The notes under the pieces: generated by a model
The model's input: only the letters and a program-made list of their open reading frames with translations
The model's database searches: none
Told to the model about the DNA's origin: nothing
Made by a program: the position numbers and the translations under genes
In this document: piece after piece, positions 12,101 through 22,449 of the stretch
Layout: the number at the start of each line of letters is the position of its first letter
Numbering within the stretch: position 1 is the stretch's first letter
Source: Ascoidea asiatica JCM 7603
Lineage: Eukaryota > Fungi > Ascomycota
Assembly: GCA_001600695.1 (NCBI GenBank)
Contig: BCKQ01000017.1
Coordinates: forward strand, 222,629-286,628
DNA length: 64,000 nt
Direction of reading: 5' to 3'

Positions 12101-13692
12101 AATTATACAAAAATTTAATCAATATAATGAATAAGAGAAGTGATGATGATCAAATTCAATGCTTCTTTTCTAGGGAATATAAACTAATTTCCTCATTATT
12201 TAATGCGGATGTATTAGCTATGAATACACTGCTATTATCTACTGCAAATGACTCTTTAATACAAGCTTTTTCAGTGGAAAATGATAAATATTACAACCAA
12301 GGTATTTCAAAGAATAATGTAATTATCTCTTCATCCCCTAATAATACTGCAAGTTTAAGTTCACGTAGTGTTTTCGAGCCCACAGCCTATTTCAATAATT
12401 CTACAACTAAAAACAGGGAAGATACAGCTGTCTCTCCAGTTTCTTCTACCAAAAGCGATTTTTACTCTCCAGTAAATCTTGACAATGAAATAAAAGGTAA
12501 TGAATCATTTGATCTTAGTATTTTAAATCCAATAATACTATCAGGAATTATAAAAAACTCACTTGTAATAAAAAATTGTTTATGGACTGTTTTTATTGTT
12601 GATTTGATTAACTCTTTAAATAATTATACCAGGCAGCAATTCAATCCATATGTTTGGGAAAAGTTTTTAATTGATGAAGATATAAGTGAAAATGATGAAA
12701 GTCAAAATGGAAAAAGTCACCTAGACAAAAAGTCTGAAACTTGGTTTTTGAGACAAATATTAATGATTATTTCAAAATTATTAACTATTAAATTTATAGT
12801 TTACGATAAATTGTATTCAAAAAACTCTAATGATTTATATTCTTTATCCTTTAGTGTTCAAAATTTCAATGTATTGAAAGAATGGAATAGTTTAAAAAAG
12901 GAAGTAAGACAATTTGAGCTGGATTTACCTTATTTGATGCTGCCTATTAATGTTCATGATCCTTTCAGAAATGACCAAGATCCTTATATGCTTGATAATA
13001 CCAATAGAGAGAAAGTAAAAAATCTCTTCTTTTTTGTAAAGTTTAATTTCAATAATGATAAAGTTTTAGTAACACACATTATTCATAATTTAATTTATCT
13101 ACTTTCTGATAAGCTTGTGAGTGAAGATTTTCCATCTATAATCAAAGAGTTTGAATTAAAAGCATCAAATAATTTAGAGCTGAATATTATAAAAAATAAT
13201 GACTCCACTAATTCAGAAATAAATCTAGAAAAAGAATTTTCAATAACAGTAAATGAGGTGAATTATAATGTCATTAAACTCATTGATGAAGTTAAAAGCT
13301 TGAAATCTTTTTTTAATAATGATGGAATCGAAATAACGGAGAATAAATATAGTTTGAAGAATTGGTATATAAATGCTATCAACATTAAAGTCGATGGTCT
13401 CAAGGAGCTTGGAATTTTTCATAAAGTTGATATTAATCTAGACTGTATTAGCAATCCTATTTTACAATGTTTGAAAGAATTAATTTCCATGTGTTTGATT
13501 ACAAATTTTGATAGTGATAAACAAAATCGTGAGCAGAATCCCTTAAATTTTCAAAATAAAGATTTCATATTCAATAATTTCAATGGTATTTTTGTTAATT
13601 TAGTAAATTGGAGTATGGTTAAGATTGGAGCATCTAAATCGGAATTTAATACACTATATGAGCTTTTGCTGCAAAAGGTTTGTGAGCTTTAA
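9145..13692 (+). CDS. Zn(II)2Cys6 fungal transcription factor, 1515 aa
   Basis: [33 protein letters not shown] binuclear cluster motif; Asn-rich middle; C-terminal region resembling a fungal TF regulatory domain. Confidence 0.92.
   Translation: [1515 protein letters not shown]
10597..10776 (+). repeat. Coding 12-bp minisatellite (AATAATCCTCTA), 15 units encoding NNPL/NNSL
   Basis: Seen directly in DNA and protein. Confidence 0.95.
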
Positions 13693-14879
13693 GTACCAAG
13701 AAGCATACTACTATAAAAATGTTGAATTTTTTTGTTCAATGTTTATCTTGTTTTTATTTTCATTTTGTTTCAATTTTCTTTTTTTTTCCTCTTTATTTTG
13801 CATTTTTTAATATTTGTTTCAATAGTTTTTATTAAATTATATAGTAGTGCTTTTGTTTTTTGTTTTTTTAATTGCGATTCAAATCAGCAAACAAGTTAAT
13901 GTTTTTGTCTAATAAAATCTGTGGTATGGTTTCATTATTTTTGTAATTCTTTAATCACCAATCTAGATCTTTTGGGGAAATGGGAAGAATTTTCATATTA
14001 AATCAGTTTATAAATGTAAATATAAAAATACACTGCAGTATGTGATATTTTCATAAGAATAAACTGTGATAAAATATGGATATGCTTTATCAAAATGCAA
14101 AAAGTGAAAAATGGAAGGTCACCACAATATAAACGGAAATGCTGCAGAATAGCGTAATTAAACACATTGTTCATAATCCAGCGATCGTGAAATTGCAATT
14201 GAGTGTACCTGCCTATATTCACGGTGAATGAATACCTTCTCCGTATACTGAGTTTTAAGGTAACAGCCAGTACCGAATAAATCTTAAGTTGTGTGTACCA
14301 CTGCTTAAATATGCTTATTTTGCCTGAAAGGCCGGATTGTGCACACACAAACGTTTTAATTTCACCGTCCCTATATAAAAGGTTTACCTATTTTATATCC
14401 TGTTATTAAATCACGTAATATTTTAATAGCTGACATCCGAGATCCATAACTTAAGAATTATTGCAAAACAATCGGGGATTGTAAGCATGGTCAAATCTAG
14501 TTGAATAGCTAAAAGGCATCCATAAATTTGAAAGCTCACCTCAAATAGTACTAATAAACTCCATTTTTTATCTCGTGACTTTGCGTAGCTAAATAAATTG
14601 CTTTTTAGCCATTAACTTTATTTTGACCTATTAAAAGAATGTATAGACTTTGGAGTTTTTCAATTACTTTTTCAGATAATATGTTTAAACTATAAATTGA
14701 TCAAACAAAAATTTGGTAGAATGGTTCGCGAAATAATAAAACAAGAAAATTCATTAAGCATTAGTGAAATTATATAAATTATCAAGTATTTATAGGACTA
14801 TATAATAGATTTAGACAGACAGTCAGACAAAAAGATACGAATAGATAGAAAATTGTCATATTATGCTAGAGTAAATAAC

Positions 14880-15803
14880 TTAATGACCACCACTACCAAG
14901 TTCAACTGATTTTGGACAATTAAGAGCAGGTTTAAGAGAACCATAAATAGTAAATTGTAAAGAAGTAAGAGTACCAACCATAAGAAGACGGGTTGGTAAA
15001 CCAGCAAATGAACCTCTAACACCTAATTCTTTAGCTAATTGACCTAATAAACCTACAGTTGATTGACCTGGAGCTTTTTTAGTTTTATTAACTTTAGATA
15101 ATAAAGTATCAGCAGGTTGAGAAACAAAAGCAGCAGCAAAACCAGCAATAACACCAGAACCTAAATTAATAGTAGTTAATTGAGTTGAAGACATTTCAGA
15201 TTTTGGAGTTGGAATTAAACCAAAAATAGCTTCAGAAGCTCTTTCATAAGTTAAAAATTTAGCAATATTATAAGGAATTTGTTTGAATAAAATTGGAGTA
15301 AAACCATTATAAAAACCACCAAGACCTTCTTCTTTAAATATTCTTGAAAAACCACCAACTAAACCATTAGCAAAAGAAGGTTGAGAAACTAAACGAATAC
15401 GAGTAGCTTCTAAAGGACAAAGAGCAATATCAGCAAAAAATTCAGCAATTGCAGCAGAACCAATATAAACTGAATTTTTATAATTAGTTGCAGTTTCAAC
15501 ACCTAAAATATCAATAAAAGTTTTTTTAAATAATTCATAACCACCGAATTTGAAAGCACCTTGTAAAGAATAACCTAAAATAGTTGGACCTAAACCAGTT
15601 AAAAGAGCACCTGCACCTTCTTCACTAACAATTTTTTTGGCAGTTGGAAATAAACCATTATAAACAGTTGGTTCTAATTGAATTCTAGTTTTGATAACAT
15701 CAATAGGAGTCATGGAACCATGAGTAACACCACAACCAATAGCACCTGCTAAGGCAAATTTTGAATAATCGGAAATACCGTAAGATGGAATTTCAGAAGC
15801 CAT
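14880..15803 (-). CDS. MIR1: Mitochondrial phosphate carrier
   Basis: [56 protein letters not shown]: three carrier repeats matching Mir1. Confidence 0.97.
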   Translation of the reverse strand: MASEIPSYGISDYSKFALAGAIGCGVTHGSMTPIDVIKTRIQLEPTVYNGLFPTAKKIVSEEGAGALLTGLGPTILGYSLQGAFKFGGYELFKKTFIDILGVETATNYKNSVYIGSAAIAEFFADIALCPLEATRIRLVSQPSFANGLVGGFSRIFKEEGLGGFYNGFTPILFKQIPYNIAKFLTYERASEAIFGLIPTPKSEMSSTQLTTINLGSGVIAGFAAAFVSQPADTLLSKVNKTKKAPGQSTVGLLGQLAKELGVRGSFAGLPTRLLMVGTLTSLQFTIYGSLKPALNCPKSVELGSGGH

Positions 15804-17047
15804 TTTTAATAAATATAAATATATATACAGAATATATGGTTTTTTTTAGTTTTAAACTTTTTTTTTTTTTTTGGTTTTAATTAAATTAATTTATAATTTA
15901 ATGATAAAGGGAATATAGGCAATAAGATAAAAATAATTATTAAAATTTGATTTAATGATTATTTTCTACAGTTTTAAATCTAAAATTATTTAAAATTAAA
16001 AATGAAATATAAAATATGAATATAAAAATCTATTGAAGAATCTTAAAATAAATAGAAATATATATAAAAAAAAAGATATCAAAACCAATAATAAAGATAA
16101 TTCATTCAATTAATATATTGTATGTAAGAGAGTGATTTGACTGTTTCAAACACGGCCTATTAAAAAAATAAAAAAAAAGAAAGGAATATTTCATGGGCAG
16201 TGGAAATACCGTACTTTAGCAGAGTGAGTGTGGACCGCTAGAGCAGTGCTGGGTCGGAATAGAGTTGTGTTAGTGGATAAAAAGAAAAAGTGAAAAATAT
16301 TTCTTTCCAGACGACCAGATCTACGGCGTATAATTGGCTGGCAACGGCACTCTTACCCGGACACCCCTGGCTGGGATCGATCTCCAGCGCAATTTCCTCG
16401 CGACCCTCGCCAAAGCAGTAAAAAAGCCAAAACGTTTCTTCTTTTTCGTGACAATTTATTTAATAAGCACTGTACAGGGACTGCAGCTTAAAGCAGAAGT
16501 ACTCGTAGTCTGGCCTTAACGACCACCATCGACGAACTTTTTTGACGAACCACTGCCAAAGCTCAGCCACAGAAGCTCCCTGAAAGGCAAATGACTGGCT
16601 AGGATGTTAGAGCCCTGCTCGTTTACTGTGAAATGTTGTTTTTTAACGCTACTTTAAAAAATTACGTAATGAGATGCTTTTTCCGATTCCGGATTTCTGT
16701 ATTGAAAATCCGAGTTCTTTAACTATGCATTGTAGTTTTTCCGCTTCTTTCAACGCACTTCCCAAAAGAGGTTGTTTATGTGGGCTCTACGTAAATTAAT
16801 ACCAAAACCTCATTCACAGATCACAAATCATATCAAGATATTAAGCTTCTTATGATATTACTGACATTATCACTGATAATATTAATAAGATATTATCACA
16901 CCAATAGGTATTTTGAGACTAATCCAGAGAAATCAGAAGAGTTTACTTCTTCTAGGGGAATCTCTTGAGAAAAGTTATTTGATTTAATGAGGCACCAAAT
17001 AAAAGATAAATATTAATTGATTATCTTATAATGATTTTATTTGAATA

Positions 17048-17818
17048 TCATTTGGCATCATCTGGAAGAAATTCGTAATCATATAAAAATTTAGAAATTG
17101 ATTGAAATAATTCTTCAATATTTTCATTGTTTTTCGATGAACATTCAAAAAAGCCATTTGCATATAATTCATAAGTTAATTTTTCACAATCTTTTAGTTT
17201 AACCACATAGTTATTTATGTTATTATAATTATAATTATCATTAACATTTTCATTATCATTATCATTGATAGTTTCATTGAATTTTTTTTTTTTTTTAGAT
17301 TGAAATTTTATTAAAAATTTAGAAAAATTATTTTTTTTTTCCATAGAAAATGAAGATTTATTTTGAATATTCTTAAAACATTCAATTTTTAAATCTCCTT
17401 TTAAAGCAACTATGAAAAATGGTATTTTAATATTTAATTTTTCTTTAGAATATAAAATTATTTTATACCATAATTTTTTTATATCTAGATATGATTCATA
17501 ATTATCATATGAACAACAAATTAATATGAAATCAATACTTTTTAAATCATATAATAAATCAATAAAATTTATAATATCATTTTCATTTTTATTAAAATTG
17601 AAATTTAATAATATTTCTGAATTTAAATCATTTATATTTAAACATAATTTAAATCCATAATTATATATATTAACATCAATTGGATCTAAAAATGAAGGTA
17701 AATTATCCTTTATTGGCAACTTTCCATTATTTTTTAATGCCATTAATAATGAAGTTTTACCAATTTTAGAATTTCCAACAACAAGAAGTTTTTTCTTTAA
17801 TATTGTTACTTTCTTCAT
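17048..17818 (-). CDS. Divergent Rho-family small GTPase-like protein
   Basis: KLLVVGNSKIGKTSLL P-loop, LKGDL (G4), FFECSSK (G5); G3 degenerate; no CAAX. Confidence 0.75.
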   Translation of the reverse strand: MKKVTILKKKLLVVGNSKIGKTSLLMALKNNGKLPIKDNLPSFLDPIDVNIYNYGFKLCLNINDLNSEILLNFNFNKNENDIINFIDLLYDLKSIDFILICCSYDNYESYLDIKKLWYKIILYSKEKLNIKIPFFIVALKGDLKIECFKNIQNKSSFSMEKKNNFSKFLIKFQSKKKKKFNETINDNDNENVNDNYNYNNINNYVVKLKDCEKLTYELYANGFFECSSKNNENIEELFQSISKFLYDYEFLPDDAK

Positions 17819-19313
17819 TATTTATTCTTTGATTTCTTTCTCTTTTGAAATTTTGATTTATTTTATCTCTTTGATATATATTTAGCTACTCAATAACTTT
17901 TAAAGAATATATATATATATATATATTTCAAAAGTCATATTTTCAAAAAGCTATCATTATAACTATTTACTTTACCATTTTTTTCAACAGTTATTTGATT
18001 ACTCAATTTTTCAATTATATCATTATTGTTTAATGCTTCTTTAATAACTTGATCATCCCTTTGCTTCACAATAAGAATTATACCCTCAAGATCAGACATA
18101 CCCCTTCATATTGGACTATTCTTCTTTTTTATCATTATGTTTCAAGAATTAAAATCAAATCATTTGTTTTAATGGTGTTATAAAAATGTTTCAGGAATAT
18201 CGATAAATATATGAAAAATCAGATAGCACGCAGAGAGCTGCCTTATAGCGTACAAAAAAGTATATTAATGTATGTGAAGGTATACTCATGTACAAACACA
18301 TTAAAATGCATGTATATAACCGTACCCACGTTTTTGTGCATATCTCATAATTCCAGATTGGTGGGTCCAATGTACTTCTTTAAATCACGTGCCTCGCGGG
18401 AAATGATTTTTGTAAACAAAACACATAAACATAAAAACAACAAAGATAAATAGAAATAAATATAAATATAAACAAAAACAAACAAATGGAAAAGAATTGA
18501 AATAGTGAGAACATCTTCAGCAAACCCTTTTCCACAACCTCTTTTTTCTGTTTTGGTTATTATCCTCTTTTCTATTCTCATATCGCGTATTATTGTTTTA
18601 TCATCTTATCCTTTTATCTGTTAGTGAAATTAAATTCAATTTCAAATTCAAAATTTAGAATTAGAATTAATTATTATAGAAAAATAATAACTAGAAAATA
18701 AAAGTGAATCTAGTGAATATAATTATTTAATCATTATATTATTATTTCAGTATATGCTATCTATTATTGCATAAGATTAGCAACAAAATTAAAATTTATA
18801 AAACAATATTTTATTAATAATTTATCTACAATTAAATCTAAAATCATAATCGGAATTAAAATCGGAATCTGGAATTGGAATTGGAATTAAAATTAGAATT
18901 AGAATTAGAACTAGAATTATAATAGGAAATAAAATAATTAATCAATATTGTTAATATAATCAATATACTTATTTCAATAGTTTATTTTGTATTTTTTAAT
19001 GTCAGTTTTTAATTTGCTAATATTTCAAAACTTTTCAAATTCAAGCATAATCTAGAGATTAACATAAATTATATTAACCTTTTTTGCTGAATGTTATCTA
19101 GAAACAATTAAAATTGTTATTAAATTTTACTCATTTATTCACTTCATTCCTCATAACACTTAAAATAATATCATCTTATTTGATATTTCATATCTCGTAT
19201 CTTATATTTCATATTTCATATCATATAACAAATTTATATCTACAAATATTTGAAATAAAAATAAACATAATTAAAAGCTTATTAAATTTTCAAAAAAATT
19301 TAGGCAAAAAAAT

Positions 19314-21938
19314 ATGCCTCCAAGAAAAAAAAATACAAATGCAAAAAAGAAATCTGTAGTTTCAACTTTATCAAATTCATCAAATAAAAGTATAGATAAT
19401 AATTTAATTAAAACAAATAAAATAAGTAAAATATTAACTAGATCTAAAAATTTGAGATCAAATTCTTCAATTATTAATAATTCTTCTATAATTTATTCTT
19501 CTCAAAATAATATTAATTATTCTCAAATAGAAGATGATGACGGTTTTCAATTCACTAGATTATCAAATACTTCTTCAATAATTAATGATAATAAATCTAA
19601 TAGATCTTTAAAGTCTATAAAATCAAATAATAAATCATATTTTTCAACAAATAATATTCTTGAAGATATAAATGAAAATGAGGAATCTGATCAAAGTTTT
19701 ATTCGACAAAATAATTTAATACCCATTAATATTAAAAAGGAAAAAAAAGGGAAATTAATATTGAATGGAAACAACAATCAAAATAATAATCGCAATGTTA
19801 ATCGTAGTCTTAATAATAAATTAATATCAAAAAAAAAAGATAGAGGGGAAAACAATTTAATAGCTTTAAACTTTGACAATAATAATATAGAAAATAACAA
19901 AGATTTCAAAAAAATAAAAGTAAAAACAAAAACAGCAAAGCCAAAAACGGTTAAATCAAAATCTACAAAAGTAACAAAATCTTCGAGTAAAAAAAGAAAG
20001 CATGAGAAAGATAATGTGGAAAATAATCGGGATATTTTTTTCAATAATAATGATAAAGATAATACTCAAAAACCAGAAAGAAAATCAAAAAGACAGAAAA
20101 ATTCTTCAACTCAAAAAAATTATTCTCATGAAAATGATTTGATTGATATTGATTCAAGTTTAATTGATAAAGTAATACTTAAACCAAAGTCAAAATCATA
20201 TTCAAAACAAGAAATAAAAGATAGATCAAGTTCAGATGAAATAATTGGTAATACAATTATAAAATCAAAAGTAAGAAGTTCCAATTCTTTGAAAGAAAAA
20301 AAAATTCAAAATGGTAAAAAAGAAAATCAGAAAGAAAGTCAATTAAAAAGGTCTATAAAATCTACTTTAATCACAAGTGAAGATGAGAATGTAATAGAGA
20401 ATAATGTCGAAGAAGATGATGATCTTATTATTGTTTCAAAAAATCAGAATAATGAATTGATTAATAACTTAAATAATACTAAGAAGATTAAATCTAAGAA
20501 AAACATAAAACATAATAAGACTTCTAAAAGTGATAATTTAGATAAAAAACGAGATAAAAAACAAATTATAAAAATTCACAAAATAAGTAAAAATGAAGAA
20601 TATTTACAAATTGAATCAATAGAAAAACAAAAATTACAAATATCAGATTCTCCAATACGGCGAAATCAAAATAATAAAAATAATAATTATCAATCAGATA
20701 TAGTACAAAGAAGATCATCTTTAGGTCAAAGAGGTAAAAGAACATCTTCTATTGGAAATGGATTCATTGCAACACCTCATAATGATACAGATCCTAAAAC
20801 TTTTTATAAACATTTTGATTCATCATTACCAGATCCTCATAAGATGAGACAACTTTTAGTGTGGTGTTTTAAAAGACAACAAACTATTGATAATTTAAAA
20901 AAAGAAGATTATAATTCAAGATCAAAATCAAGAAGTAAAAAGAATAAAGAAGAAAAACGAAATATGGAAATAGCTAAAAATATTGCGAAAGTAATAAAAG
21001 ATGAAATAATAAAAGATTTAGCAGATGGAAAAATAAATACATCTTGGTGGAATCATAATGATAATATTAATATTGATAGAGATTCTAAAAGTATTAAACG
21101 TTTACCAAATAGTCAAAATATAATGAATAAAACAAATTTAATTATATTTCAAAAGAAATTGGCAGAACTTCAAAAAGAAAGTAAATCTTGGGAAAATATA
21201 AATTCTAAATATATTTCTAATGATGAATCAATAAATTCCAAATTTAAAGAAGAAATTTTAAATAAAACAAAAGAAATTAAAAATAAATTAAATGAAAAAT
21301 TAAATGAAAAATTAAATATTGATGAAAAAATTAAATTAATTGAATTGGAAATTGAAGAAAATAAAATTAAAAATAAAAAAGAAAATGAAAAAGTTAAAGA
21401 AAAATTAAATTCATTAGATTTAAAAGATTCAAAAGATTTAATTAAAAATTTTGAAAAAATTGATAAAAGTTTTGATAATGAATTTTTTCCTTTAGTTCAA
21501 AAATTTACTGAATTTTCTATGAAATTAGGATCAAATGATAAAATAATGTCAATTTATAATGAAAAAGAAATTAAAAAATATGATAAATTGATCAAGGATT
21601 ATACTAATAAAATAAATGTTGATGAAGCATCAATATTTAAAAATAATAATGAAGAATTTGAAAATGATAGTAATAATTCTTTAGTTTCTTTAGATTCAGA
21701 TTTAGATTCAAATTCAGATTCAGATTCAAACGAAATAGAAATGGAAATGGAAATGGAAATGGAAATGGAAATGGAAAATGAAAAAGTTAATAGAAAAAAG
21801 AAAGATAAAGAGAAAGATAAAGATAAGGAAAAAGAGAGAGAATTAGAAATTGAATTGAAAAAGAAATTAGAAATTATGGAGAATATTGATCAAATTGATT
21901 TATTAAAAGGAATATCAAGAATTGATCATAATAAGTAA
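19314..21938 (+). CDS. DSN1: Kinetochore MIND/Mis12 complex subunit Dsn1/Mis13
   Basis: QRRSSLGQRGKRTSS (Aurora B-site region) followed by PH...FYKHFDSSLPDPHKMRQLLVWC, typical of Mis13/Dsn1; long low-complexity N-terminus. Confidence 0.88.
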   Translation: MPPRKKNTNAKKKSVVSTLSNSSNKSIDNNLIKTNKISKILTRSKNLRSNSSIINNSSIIYSSQNNINYSQIEDDDGFQFTRLSNTSSIINDNKSNRSLKSIKSNNKSYFSTNNILEDINENEESDQSFIRQNNLIPINIKKEKKGKLILNGNNNQNNNRNVNRSLNNKLISKKKDRGENNLIALNFDNNNIENNKDFKKIKVKTKTAKPKTVKSKSTKVTKSSSKKRKHEKDNVENNRDIFFNNNDKDNTQKPERKSKRQKNSSTQKNYSHENDLIDIDSSLIDKVILKPKSKSYSKQEIKDRSSSDEIIGNTIIKSKVRSSNSLKEKKIQNGKKENQKESQLKRSIKSTLITSEDENVIENNVEEDDDLIIVSKNQNNELINNLNNTKKIKSKKNIKHNKTSKSDNLDKKRDKKQIIKIHKISKNEEYLQIESIEKQKLQISDSPIRRNQNNKNNNYQSDIVQRRSSLGQRGKRTSSIGNGFIATPHNDTDPKTFYKHFDSSLPDPHKMRQLLVWCFKRQQTIDNLKKEDYNSRSKSRSKKNKEEKRNMEIAKNIAKVIKDEIIKDLADGKINTSWWNHNDNINIDRDSKSIKRLPNSQNIMNKTNLIIFQKKLAELQKESKSWENINSKYISNDESINSKFKEEILNKTKEIKNKLNEKLNEKLNIDEKIKLIELEIEENKIKNKKENEKVKEKLNSLDLKDSKDLIKNFEKIDKSFDNEFFPLVQKFTEFSMKLGSNDKIMSIYNEKEIKKYDKLIKDYTNKINVDEASIFKNNNEEFENDSNNSLVSLDSDLDSNSDSDSNEIEMEMEMEMEMEMENEKVNRKKKDKEKDKDKEKERELEIELKKKLEIMENIDQIDLLKGISRIDHNK
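21738..21777 (+). repeat. Coding (GAAATG)n repeat encoding EMEMEM in DSN1
   Basis: Seen directly. Confidence 0.85.
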
Positions 21939-22449
21939 ATAAATAAATTTTTTTGAATTGTAAATTAGTCAGTCCATTTATTAATGAAAATTAAAATGAT
22001 CAAGGATGTTATTATTATTTTTGTTTTTTATAAGTTGTTATTTTTATTACGGTTATTGTTAATATGGTTATTGTTAATGTGATGCTTTTTTTTTAATTTA
22101 TTTAGTGTATAATAGTAAATTTTGTTTATTTGTATGATTAGAATATTATTTTCAGTAAAGTTAGTTAATTGTGTTGTAGAAGGATGATAATTAGAAATTA
22201 AATAAATAAAATATAAAAAACAAAAAAACAATTGAGACCGGAATTGGGGATCTTTTTAGAAAAATAGATCATGTGACTTTTGTTAGCTTTTCTGAGAAAG
22301 AAGTCAACAAGCAGAAAGGCAATGCAACTGTGGCAGTTGAAAGAAGAGAAGAAGAAAGAAGAAAGAAGATGGAAGATGGAAGATGGAAGATGGTGGTGAA
22401 GAGTAATCAGATAACAGATAACAGAGCAGTGAATTGAAGAGCAGATGAG

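Noticed and set aside
13998-14348. 116-aa minus ORF
   Set aside because: Non-ATG start, no recognisable motif, atypical codon use
14440-14720. RNase MRP, RNase P, telomerase or U snRNA identity for the structured segment
   Set aside because: Conserved CR-I/CR-V boxes, terminal P1 pairing, a correctly oriented Sm site and snRNA signature sequences were not found
18385-18392. ATCACGTG as CDEI of a point centromere (also 22270, 23331)
   Set aside because: No CDEIII-like CCG element at the expected distance; such sites recur in promoters and fit ordinary Cbf1 sites
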